From Paramecium tetraurelia (taxonomy: Eukaryota), in contig CT868207.1 in assembly GCA_000165425.1 (NCBI GenBank), positions 434,001 to 498,000 on the forward strand: a DNA stretch of 64,000 bases, in the 5' to 3' direction. Positions 13,385 through 26,200 of this stretch are shown piece by piece (the stretch's first letter is position 1; each line of letters begins with the position of its first letter). The position numbers were made by a program, and so were the translations under genes. The notes beneath the pieces were generated by a model that saw nothing but the letters and a program-made list of their open reading frames with translations, had not been told where the DNA came from and searched no databases.

Positions 13385-15724
13385 ATGTTAAGTGACCAAT
13401 AAATTTTATAAATAGTCTTAGCAGCTGACAGTATAATGGTGCACTTTTAATATTACATTACCAATGAGATATTATACTTAATAATAGGTTTATCATCAGC
13501 ACTTTTTCATGCCATTATATTTATAATTGAACAAATGACAAGAAATCAACTATCGAAGTTGTTGCTCAATATACTTAAATTAGCATAAATACTTATTGTT
13601 TCCTAAATGCTATATGAATCTTGGAGAATTTACGTTGGAATTTAAATAGTTTGCATAATAAAATTTAACTAGAAACTAACAAGAATAATGATTTTTACTT
13701 TATTTTGCATTCATTCGACATCCCTTACTTTTGCAGATATAAATTATTTAGCAACTGGAATTGTTAGAAATTGCTTGTGTTATATTTTGCTTTTAAGTTT
13801 ATTTAAGAAACACAATTATACAAGCGATTAAATGGAAGAGATCATAAAATAATTGAGTTCGGATATCTTTGTTTTTCTTGATAATAATTTCAATCCAGAA
13901 AATGAATAAGAGAATTTTCAGATCATCATGAATGATCATGTATTTCGGAGTGGAGATGAAAGAAGCGATCGTATTACTACAAATAGGGACTAGAATACAA
14001 ATGGCATTCAGCCAAAATTGATCGATGAAAAGAATACTTTTGAATTCAAAACAATTTTCAATCACTTGAAAAATACTAAAGCTAATTGGTAAGATTAAAT
14101 CTATGAAACATAATCTGATTATTTAATAGTAGTTAAGAAAGTATTTTATAATCAAAACATCAGTTCATCTAATTTTCTTAAATGTTTAACTTCATAGTAA
14201 GATCATTTTTTCATTCTTCAAAAAAAGTAAAAGCCAGTTTTAATCAAAAAACAGCCTTAAGAAGATAATTCAAAAGATAACATGAGGATTTTGAGTAAGG
14301 TCTCACATGATATGAGGACTCCTCTAAATGCTATAATAAACATGTAATTGTGTTTGAAAGATTAGATAGATGAATCTTTGGCTGAGAGATACTTAAAACC
14401 TTCTCTTAATTCTTGCAGATTGCTCTTGAATTTAGTTAATGACATATTAGATTAAGCATAACTTTAAAATAGAAAAATTCGTTTAGTATTCAAAAAGTTT
14501 AATCTCAAAAAGTTAATCAATAAAACTATCTCAATTTTTGATATTTAGAAAGAGAAAAAAGAATTAATAATTTTGCTAAATTATGATGCTAACGTACCAT
14601 AATTTATCAATAGCGACAAAAATAGAATTAGATAAGTGATTATGAATCTCCTTAGTAATGCAGTCAAGTACTCGATGGCAAAAGGTAAAATAATAATATC
14701 ATGTGAATATATGTTGAAATTTTCAACTTTTATACTCTCAGTGAGTGATACTGGCTTAGGAATTAAACCTGAGAATCTAGAGAAGTTATTTTAAGAATTT
14801 GCAAGAGTTGAAGACAAAGAAAATCTCGACAAAAATCCTAATGGAATAGGCCTAGGGTTATTAATAAGCAACGAGTTGTCAAGGCTATTATCATCTAATA
14901 ATTAAGGGATATCTGTTCAATCTTAGTATCAGAAAGGGGCAACATTTTCCTTTCAAATCTTGAATCAAAAGTTACCTGATGAAGATCTTTCAGATTCCAA
15001 AATATCAGATGGTGCCATTTAGGAAGTAAACAATTTACCAGAATCACATTTCTTCTAGTAATATAGTTGCAGCTTTAAATCCAAAGAGTTTACTATGCCA
15101 ATCATTAAATAGTTATCATTTGATAGTTAATAAATCATTCCTGCGAATAATAATTAATCAATTAAGAAGTATAATTTGAGAGTGAATTCATCAAATTTAT
15201 TATCCTCAAATCGATTACTTCCATTTAACATTGATTGCGAGAAGTCTTACCAAAGAAAATCCACCAATCAATCCAATTAAATTATTGAGTAAACTAATAA
15301 TTGGTTAGATTAAACTTCTAAATAACCTCCAGTATTAATAGTAGATGATAATGAATTTAACATAATTGTCTTATAATATATATTGGAATAATTGTATCTA
15401 ACTTGTGATTCTGCTATTTCAGGATTGATAGCTTTAAAAAAATGTAAGGAACGAGCTTTGAGCTAATATAAACTTATATTTTTAGATATCGAAATGCCTG
15501 AAATGGATGGATTGGAAACAGCAAAAAAACTTTTAGAATAAGATGCATCACTTAAGATTATTGCCTGCACTGGGAATCGATAAACAAAAGCACAGTTAGA
15601 AACCTACAAATAAGTAGGAATGTTGGGAGCCATAGAAAAACCAGTAACCAAAGCAAACTTGAAAGAGCTACTTCTTAATCTAAATACCTAGAGAAATGAT
15701 GCATAATTTACTCATTACTTTTGA
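13385..15724 (+). CDS. Membrane-bound hybrid histidine kinase (TM region, HisKA, HATPase_c, receiver)
   Basis: 2340-nt open frame. H-box SKVSHDMRTPLNAI, N-box RIRQVIMNLLSNAVKY, G1 VSDTGLGI, G2 GIGLGLLIS, receiver VLIVDDNEFN / IFLDIEMPEMDG / EKP. Confidence 0.95.
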
Positions 15725-16637
15725 TAATTAGTCATTTTATAATAAAAGTTATACATCATTTATACATTATAATCTCAGATATTAAATAAGGTAAGGGATG
15801 TACTATGAGTTTAATAATTTGATTATGGTGGTTGGCAATTATATTTCGAAGATTTTAGGAAGTAATAAAAAGAAGCTTGTTTCTATAATTACCTTAATTC
15901 CCCTTAAGAATATTATTAATTTAATTCTCAATTTATACACAACTATAATATAATTTAGTTTTTGTAATTTTAAAGCACATTCATTTTTATTGCATTTCTT
16001 TTTTATGGATGAATGAGTACTATTGTATTATTTTTCTTTATACTTATTAACCATTCGAACCATATCCTTTATAACCTAATATTTACAATAATGTAAATTA
16101 TAATAATATTTTTATATATATTACTTTAACTATATAAGGGCATTAATTTTACAATTTTTAATTTATTTTCGCTCTTCTCCTAATCACTATATGAATATAA
16201 ATGAACATCTTACCAACACTAACCAGATGAGAGATCTTCATTTTGATCAAACATTGAAATAAAACAATACTATGGAAATATATAATGTAATATCAAAATA
16301 ATATTACTAATATTATGTTTTAATTAATTTAAATAAAAATAAAGACAATCTAAAAATATGAATCATTTATATTCTACTGATGTTCGAAAAAAAAAGCAGA
16401 CAATTCCTTTATTACGAGTTCGTTAACATCAAAATTTAAGAATTTTAAAGGGGCAATAAATAAATTAGGAAATTTTAACCTTTTAAAATTTGCGATATTA
16501 TAATGAAGGCATCATTTCTATTGAATTATAATGCTGAAAGTAATAAGTATTAGTAAATTATTAATAAATATTTTTTTAACTGATATTAATATAAAAACGG
16601 GTTATTTCAAAAAGTGAAATAAGTTTTAATTAATTTT

Positions 16638-17689
16638 ATGAACAAAATTTTATTATCTTTACTTCTTGTTAGTATTTGTCTCTGTTAAGAGGGTACAAAT
16701 TATTAAGTATTATAGAAACCCTCATATAACTCGAAAATGGACTCAGTTTAACAAATCTGAATTAACTAATGACTATGGATTTTAACAAATTAACCTGTTA
16801 GACTAATTTTATCCAGGTGGGTCACTAATTAAAAATGTGGGCTGAACTATATAAGGACGAGAAAGTTATACATCATGAAATTCGGTTATTGTCCAAAGCT
16901 CATAAAATACTAAACTAATAAAGGTTTGATAGATTGAGAAATACAAGTAAGGTTAAATTTAATGATAGACACTTTGCATAGTGCAAAAAGAATACTTGCT
17001 GCCTTGAGACACAACACACATAAGAAAGAAAATACAATTTATTAGTAATGGAGAGTGAATGAAATCAAGTAATTGAAACATTCAATTTAATTGTTATAAA
17101 CATCTAAAAGTATGAATATAAGTAAATTTATAGCTGAGGATGGCAAAAAATAGTGTTGTGACAGGATTGAAAAGTTAATCAACAAATATTTGGATGAGAG
17201 AAAACATATCGCTAAATAATGTGGAAATTCCGATGTAATTAATATTCTTAAATTTAGATAACAATTAATATTATTAATGATGCAGAAGGCAAAATTGAAG
17301 TCGTCAATAGAAATTGCCAGGAAAGAGAATCTGATGTAAAAAGTGATAGAGTGGATTCTAATGAGAAAGTTATTGTTGGATAATCGTAACAATAGAAGAA
17401 GGAGGAACAAAATAGTATTACTGAAAAAAAATAAGAACAAGTTGTTGAAGAACATCACGAATCAACTGAAAGTGTCATAGAAGAAATTGCTGAGGAAGAG
17501 GAAGTAATTGGTGAAGAAGAAGTAGAAGAAGAAATAGAAATAGAGGAAACAATCATTGAGGAAACAGTTACTAAGACAACTTCAACTAAAGTTGTGGAAT
17601 TACCGAAAGATGATAGTAATGAAGTTGTAGAGGGTAAAATAGTCTCAGCTCAAGGTGTAGGAGCATGTGGAGAAGGTGGTAGAACTTGA
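16638..17689 (+). CDS. Putative secreted protein with Glu-rich C-terminal region
   Basis: Signal peptide MNKILLSLLLVSICLC, several short introns, acidic tract EEIAEEEEVIGEEEVEEEIEIEE; TGA at 17687-17689. Confidence 0.72.
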
Positions 17690-17775
17690 TTATATTAATA
17701 TTAGAAAAATATTTATATATTTTATAATCTTGTTACGTATAAAGAGGGATCTTAATAAATAAATTAATATTGAAT

Positions 17776-19376
17776 ATGTCATTAGAGGACAAATAGCAAT
17801 TTTTAGTTGATGAAATCATCAATAAGGGATACGATAGTGAGGACTTTACTAAATATATGGATAGAAAGAAAGAAAATGGCGGATAAGATTTGGATGTCTG
17901 GCTGATGGATGAATTGAAATAGGCAGTCTTAGATTATCAAAAAATGAAGAATGCAATGATGCAAATCGTTGATGATGATATTGGATTCAAGAAGAAGATA
18001 GATTGCTAAAAACTTATTGGCACTGAAATAGGAAACACAAATAATGTGCAAATTTTCATTGAAAAGTATAAATGATATCCAAATTAGCTTCGATAAGAAG
18101 GATACAGGGTTCTTTAGTCTCAGTAAATCATATGTAAATTATAGAATTGTTACACAACCATTATAATGGGCTGTCACAAGAAGATATTCAGATTTCGAAT
18201 GGTTAAGGGAAATCTTAACGAAATAATATCCTGGAGTATTTGTACCTCCTATTGCTAATAAAACTCCAACTAGATAATTCAGTGATGCTTACTTAGTAAA
18301 AAGAATGAAATTTTTAGAAGTAATTATTCAATTCCTAAATTTTTAGACATTCTTAAATCATATACTTAATTCAACAATTCTTACGAATGACAAATATTTT
18401 TGTGAATTCCTAAGAATGCAAGATGAAAAAGAATTCAAATCCCTCCAAAACGCCTCAGAGAAAGTCCAAAAAACAACGAAATTAGATAAAGTTTTTAGTG
18501 AAACAGGATAAATTGAAGTAGCTTTCAATCCTTAAACTGATAATTACATTAGAGCTGCTGGCAATTTAATGACAAGTTTAAATTTAGATTATGATGTGTA
18601 AAATTACTTCTTTATTGTTAGAATTATGAAATAATCTAAAAAAATGTTATAAGATTTTGAGGTGGTATCAACAACTATGTTTTAAATGGGTGAGTCTTTT
18701 GAAGTGCTTACCAATCATATTAATTAATTTAATTCTTCTGTGTAAGAACCAGAAAAGATCTTGAAATTCGAAGCAGTCACAATTACATTAAATAATATGA
18801 TGATGATATGGGGTAGAAATTTCTAGAATTACTTGAATTATATCTAAGATAACTTTAGAAATTTCTTCAAATATCATGACAAAGAGATTTCTCAATTGAA
18901 AGAACATCTATTGTTAAGACAATAAAGTCAAGCTGAATACTTAAAGTATAAGGAGCGTTTGGATTTGAAAAAGGAAAAGTTTTATTAATTAAAAGAATTT
19001 AATAAATGGGAAGTCTCTAAGGAAGTCTTGGATGAACTGAAACTAAATATTGATAATAAGAAATTTTGTTTGAGTGTCATGTTGCCTAAAGAAACATCAT
19101 AGTAAAATGATTTAAGGGATACATATGGCTATTATAATTTGTCTGCATATAATGAAATTAAGAGGGTCTTTGAATAGAATATTGATATTTATGCAAAGCA
19201 TTTTATTAAATTTGCTGATAGTCAGGCTAACAATCTGACCAAGGTTAAATCTTACTTTATATTTTTAGATGCATGTTACTTGGGCTGATATACAAGGTAA
19301 TTTACAAGGATTAGACTTAATTACATAACATGATTAAAAAGTCTAAATTATGCAGTAGCCAAAACCAAAGGTATGA
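17776..19376 (+). CDS. Sorting nexin (PX domain plus BAR-like helical domain)
   Basis: YVNYRI...VTRRYSDFEWLREILTKQYPGVFVPPI...KRMKFLE PX signature followed by a helical region; four short introns; TGA at 19374-19376. Confidence 0.92.
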
Positions 19377-19425
19377 AATTTTATATGCTTTTCATAATTA
19401 ATAAAAATTCAATATTAATATTATT

Positions 19426-22400
19426 ATGTACCAACATTAAAAGTCTGTCATATTAGAATAAAATTCTACTTCAACGATATCCTACTCTAGCTATTCAAAA
19501 GGAAAAAATATAGAAAAAAAAATAGAATAACATTAATAGAATTATATAACTCAATATTTAATACTCTATCCTTTTTTATAAAATATAGTTGAAGAATAAG
19601 AAAATATAATCATTACCGAATAGGATTATTAGCAGCTCATTCGATATATATTAGACTACTAGCAATCCTTTAGTAATGAAGGAAAAAAGTTATTTATTGT
19701 AGAAAGAGGAGACTATCAGGACGATTTACTATAGTAAGATTAGGATCAGCCGATTGTTTAGATTTTAAAAAAAATAATTGAAAAAAATGTATAACGGATT
19801 AAATACTGTTCATATTCTATAAAATTGTTGTCTTTCAGGTATTCATCTTCTAGAATCAATAAACGAAATTTAAGAATAATATATTGATAAACTGGCAATA
19901 GAGGATGAAAATTATAGGATAACCTTATTTAATATTATTTCGAATAAAACTTAAAAGACTTTATTGTCACATCAAAAATTTAGTAGAATATTACAAAGTT
20001 TTAACATTTTAATTGATCAAAAAGATAATTTCGATTGTTCAGAGTTATTCATAGAAAAAAGATGTAAACCAAAATTAATACTCTTATAAGATTAGTATTT
20101 TTTACCTATTCATTTTAAAAACTAACAATAAACAATTAAGGTTACTTCTGAGATTTAGAATATTTATAAATATTTTTTAAAATAAAAAATCATTTAATTT
20201 AAGCCAAAGATAATCTTATTAGGAATAGAAATAGATAACAATTTTGAATTTGAAAGCTACTATCTTAAAAAAATCATACATCAATTAAATAAGTTATCTC
20301 AAAATTCATTGATAATTTTTCCTATTAAAATGAGTAATATAAATAAAGATAAATATTTTTAAACCCTAGTTTAATGTATGAATGCTCTAAATACTTATAA
20401 ATAAGCAAAAAAGAATCATATCTAAGATAATGATAGAGCGATGAAGTCAAAAAATTATCTTCCTTATATAGAGCGAATGAGTCAAACTAGTAGGGAAAAA
20501 TAATATTATAAACTTTAACTCTAAAGTTTAAATTCAATACATAAATTAGAATAAATAAATGATGATAAAAGTTAAGAAAGATTTAATTTTCCAGTTATAA
20601 CCCCAGAAAATGAAATAGTGTATGTGATTTTATAAGATTCGGAGAGGAAGGAGTTTATTGAAATTGATTCTAACACGAAATACTACGTTTCTTATATGCA
20701 AGAATATGTTGATAATAAATTAACTATGTCAATCATTTAAAATGAACAGCTTTATTGGGGTGAAATTAATTTGAATTAGATCCAGATCAAAAATGAAAAT
20801 GAAAGTAAAAACAAAATATATTTCCAAAAGATTGCTGTATTTTAAAATAATCCAAATTCATCTTTTCTGTTAGATTAATACAAGTTTTATTAAGTTACTT
20901 TAGGTGTGAATGAAATTGATTAATATATTGGAACTGTCATTATCTATAATTTTGAAAAAAATTAAATTAAAGTTGATTAGTTTTCAGTTCAAAATGAACA
21001 AAGAATGAAATGTCATATAAAAGGTTTTACTGTTATAAAACACTCAAAAACATCATTTTCAGTTCTAAGTGGATGTAAAGATGGAGATCTATATTAATAA
21101 ATTGGAATCAAATTAGATTTGGTCGAATTCAATTCCCTTAAACTTTATTAATTTTAAAAACAATAAAGCAGATTACCTAAAGGCTATGACAACCCATTAA
21201 TCGTAAAATTTGAACCAAATTCAGATTAAGGACAAAATTTCAACTAATTTTTATATTTTGAATCGTAAACAAAATATTTTGCTTCTCCTTTTTCACCTTA
21301 TATCTATAAAATTTTCTTTAGCGAATGCAATTCAATTTGTTAAAGTCAGCCATTCTCAGATATTATGAACGCTCATCTATTTTAAAAATATTCAAAGCTC
21401 TTTAGATCAGATTAGATAAACTTAAAATATTAGAATCCCATGTCAAATAGGAAGAAATTTGATTTGATAGTTTTTGACAAAACCTTTGAACGCACTAACT
21501 TTAAAGAGTTTAATGATAATAAAGATATTACTTTGCAGAAATACTCTTAATAGAACTATTTGCATTTTAAATTTTAGTACTCTCCAAATTCTTTATTAAA
21601 GATAGATTTAAAAATGGATTCGTTCCTTTTACAAAATAGTATTGCCGATTTAAATAAAATATGTCTATATAACAATGTAATATGATTTTTATACTTATAG
21701 TGGCTGGAGGATTAAAAATTTCAGTATGTCTTTTTGTATAATAGATTATAACACATCTATTTATTATATTATTAGAAAGACAAGTCAAGGTAATATTCTA
21801 AAAGGAAGTTTGTATTTTATAATCAAGAAAATCCAACAGATTACATTCCTTTTGATGAAGTTATGATAAATGATTATTATAATAGTATGATGTGGGTTGT
21901 TAGAAAATATTATGATAGAAGTGATCCATATCTTGTTGTTTATAGTTGGTAATGAATATTGTATTAATCTAGCCATTGGATGAGACTTTAAGATATCAAA
22001 GACGCAGATATAAATGCCTAAATAAAAGTAAAGATGGATAAACTTTTTGAAATCAACATCCAAAGTAAAGTTATTGATTTAATTGGTCTTGAAGTCCAAA
22101 AAAGCAATAATGTATAATTTCAATAAAATTAAGACACTTTTAATTTGTGCCTCAACATTTATTTGCAAAATTCAAATATCAGATATGCTAAACCATCAAG
22201 AAAGCATCTAAAATTAGATCTAAAAGGGAACGTTCTTGTATGAAATCTGTTAAGCCGAATTAAATATATGTCAAGACTCTCCAATGATTCTCTTAAATTT
22301 GAATGAAAATAAGATTGCTCTTTTTTATCAATATTGTATGGTTAATTGTTTAGATGAAAAACAAGGGCAATTTCAAATAGAAATAAAAGCTAAGATATGG

Positions 22401-22919
22401 TTTGAAAAAAGTGAGTATAAACAAAATGCGGATAATTATCTAATTTACAATAGTAGTTATGACTTTAAGGATTAAGATGATTTAGAACAGACCAAAGATC
22501 AATCTTTAATTAAATTTTCATTTAATTATGAAGCATCCGATACTTTAATTCTAGCAAAAATTCTTTTAGTATAATTAACAGGATCTTCATTCGAATTTTT
22601 AATTTTTTTTGAGCAAGAATTTGGTTATTTCTATGTTGGGTTATATCAATTTTGTCAAAATAAAAATTCTATTGATTGCATGAGGATGATAAAATTATCA
22701 AAGGATACAATTTAATTTCTGCAGAGCATATCTACAAATAAATACGAAACGCTGTTTATGTAAGATTAATTAACTTATCTAATACATTCAGAAAGTACGC
22801 TACAATTATTTTTTTTTAAATATGGAAACAATTAAAAGTAGGAAGAATCTAATTAGAAGTAGTAAGAATTTAGTTAAAAGTAGGAAGAATCTAATTAAAA
22901 GTAGCTTCTACTAAATTGA
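19426..22919 (+). CDS. Large hypothetical protein with apparent frame disruptions (possible pseudogene or assembly indels)
   Basis: ATG 19426 and long coding-like stretches; the frame must change near 19770-19840, 20170-20310 and ~22200; terminal TGA at 22917-22919. Confidence 0.5.
22830..22904 (+). repeat. 21-bp tandem repeat (~3.5 copies, unit aattaaaagtaggaagaatct) encoding NQKQEES
   Basis: Units start at 22830, 22851, 22872 and 22893, with a few substitutions. Confidence 0.85.
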
Positions 22920-23258
22920 AATTTATTAATATCTATTATTCTCAATATTTATTTCATTGATATTTTTGAAATTAAACTATGTTTATATCAATTTATAATA
23001 TATATCAATTTTGTATTTTATTCAAATTTGATTATATTATAACCAAATTAATAGTAAATTCATAATAATAATTTGAGTTGATAATTAATTAAGACAAATT
23101 CCTTTCTGAAATATCATATGGTTCATAAATAAGCGCAAAATCAAAAGAAGCTAATAATTTAACTTGCAAATTTTATGATATAATAAATAATGGAAAATTA
23201 ATCCCTGAACTAACATTTATTATATCTTGATTTAAAATAAATCTAATAGAATAATCAA

Positions 23259-26200
23259 TCATTAGTAAATTTGCACCAAATATCTCATCTTTACTCTGCT
23301 TTCATCATAGACAATATATTCTGAATTTTGAGTGTAAAAACTTATATTCTTAGTCCTCTCTTATATTTAATGAGGGATTGAATTAGAAACAATTTACCCG
23401 ATGGGAACTACACATCCATTAGGCATTTTTATTTAAGACATTGGATCAGGGCCTTTGGAGCCAACAGCTTTCAAAGTATATTCAGGTTCTAATAAATATA
23501 AATGAATTCGTACTTTAATATTCAAGACAATTTTTATGGGGCTCATTGTATGCATCAATTTAATTCATGCAACTTACTTCACATAATAATAAATATCGAT
23601 ATTTTTGGTACTGATTAGTATTATTTTGGTTCCCATAAAACTAATTATATCTATGATTGATTGAATAATCTTAAGTATAATTATAGCTCTTTGAAAATTG
23701 ATCTGCAAAATAGATACCTTTTCCAAACATCGCTCCTGTATTTACTGCCCAGGAAGGTGCAACTATAATAATTTAAATATTAATTACTTTTTAATCCTAA
23801 GGCTAGTAAACTCATGAAATTGGAAATCTTTGAACCATGCCATAAAAGAATTCTAGGTCCTTGATTAAATTTGTCAAATTTCTACGCCTCTCCTTTTCTT
23901 TCGATAGCAAAGATATTTGCAATTGTAACACTTTAAGTTCTTTAGATGTATGTTTATATCATCTTATATTCTAGATCCGACGTATTCAAAGTAAGCATTT
24001 TAATATTCAATGCATTAAAACAATAAGTTATAGGATGAATAGAATTTAAATTATAATTTGCTCCAAGTAATATCTTAATAGCTTGTTCAACGTTTAGTAG
24101 TAATTCTAAAAGTTGTAATTGTTCATTGATTATTTCTTAAGTTTCCAATAATGGTAAGAGATTTTATCTCATTTAAACTTTTGGAATTAATTCATAATAT
24201 CTAGCAGACTTGTCATTGATTTCTGAATAATATTATTACAATCTCTTTAGATCGACATCTATTTAATTCATATAGAGATTGACTTCTAAAACTATTTCTT
24301 TAAGTTCTAATAATATTTCCTTAGCTTTTAGTATTGTATTTTTGTCTAACTTTTCAATTGGTACAAATCCTGTATCAAATTGATGGCTTTGTAATTCTTA
24401 TTAATATAATTTAACCTAGGAGAATTGCTCAATAACTTTGTAAATGCTAGTATCTAACTTACATTTAGGATATGGCGATTACTCGCTTAAATCAAAAGGT
24501 TCTAAGAGAGATTTGTAGCTCTTGTTATTTTAACACTTAATAAGCTGATACTTTTCTGGCTTTTTATCGAATTCTTCTTCTCCTGATTTTATCAATTTCC
24601 AATTATTGCCACCTGTTTTGGCAGCAAATATTTTACAGAATTCCTTAATTGTGGTTTCCAAATTTTCAAAGGGAGTCATTTAAAATTGACCCTGTTCCCC
24701 GATTTGACCCCATTTTGTGAACAAAATATAATTATTTCTATTTTTATCAAATAAGATTTGCATCTTATAGAATACATTTTTATGAAAGTTTCTATTCACA
24801 ATATCAACCTTAGAGAGCAAACATTACCATAGGCCATAATCTTGATCATCATAAACACTCAAATCGCCCTTAGCAATTTTGGCCTATTAATCCACAATTT
24901 ACTTATTATCAATTTCAGCTTCTATTTAAATATTCTTTTTTTCTAAGAACTATAGAGCATCTTCTTCAAAATCTACTTCATGATCTGGCCATAGTGCTGT
25001 GGCTATTACAGAAGTAGCCATTCTTTGTTATCTCAAGCTTCTAGTGTGATGAGCATTATTAGCTAAGAGTTCATCCTTCATGAGTTAAGCATCAAATATT
25101 AAAGCGTAATCTAGTGGAGTCAATCCATTATTATCTTTAAGGTTGTAATCAAATATTGTCATTAAAATTTTCAACATTTCAACATTTTCATAGGATCCGA
25201 AATCTAATGGCAAGACAACATGATGAATAGGAGTTTTCCCCTCATTATCACGCATTTAAAGCTAAGTATTAAATGAGGGCTGCCTAATCAAAAATTTCAC
25301 AAATTCTAAATTGTTATTTTTAATAGCAATATTCAATGCTGTTTAGCCTTGATGATTCTATTCATTAATGTCAATTCCGTAATCCACAAATTTTTAGAGT
25401 TTCCAAGAGTCATAAATCTTTAAGTGATCAACTAAATACATGAAGGGTTTAATATACGAATTTGTATTTAAAATTTTGAATTTAACATCCATCTTTAACC
25501 CTAGTTGCATCATCCTATCAAAATTATAATTTTAGTTTCTTTGGAAAAGTAAAGTGAAAGCATTATTATCTGTATTGTCCATCAGATTAGGATCACATTT
25601 TCTATTATATAGGAAATATTCAACTAATAAATCATTATTCTTTGAGATTGCATCATGCAGAGGTAATTTTTGATTGTTATCTTAAACATAAGGACTGATA
25701 TTCTTTTATTCAAATTATTCTACTATTTCTGATAACAAGTCTGCAGGAACTTTAGCTGAATAAATTGCGAATAAATGAAATAGGTTTTACCCATTAGAAT
25801 TTAATTTGGATAAATCCTTCTCATTCTTCACTTTCATTAAGAGAGTGAGAACTAATTAAAATTAATTTGCATTAATGGCATCTTGAATTGCATTTACAAA
25901 TTCATATCCATCACTAATTAATAAGTAGGCGACACCTTGCCATCCAAATTTAATTGCTTAAGAGAAATAACTATATTCTCCAGTTTACAAATTATTATGT
26001 AGATGTTATGGGAGATCCAAATCTTAACTAATCTTTTATTGTATTTTTTATAATATCAATCTCTCTCTTTAAGTTATTTTATCAGACTAGCTTCTCTCAA
26101 ATTGAGGAAGTATCTTTTATTATTATTATTATAATTTCTATTTATCTCTTTTACGAGAATAAAATACATTCTTCTCTGAACCATCATCGCAGGAGTTTCC

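Noticed and set aside
17087..17458. Hydrophobic track ORFs on the opposite strand or in a shifted frame (also 5085, 12202, 13799, 21567, 21785, 27484, 27502, 29860, 38135, 39834, 39901, 41823, 45498, 45566, 46154, 59455)
   Set aside because: They are shadows of real genes on the other strand or frame; biased E/K/Q/Y codons generate apparent hydrophobic ORFs.
22830..22904. 21-bp repeat as a CRISPR-like or mobile-element signature
   Set aside because: The units are contiguous with no spacers, are a multiple of three long, and lie inside coding sequence.
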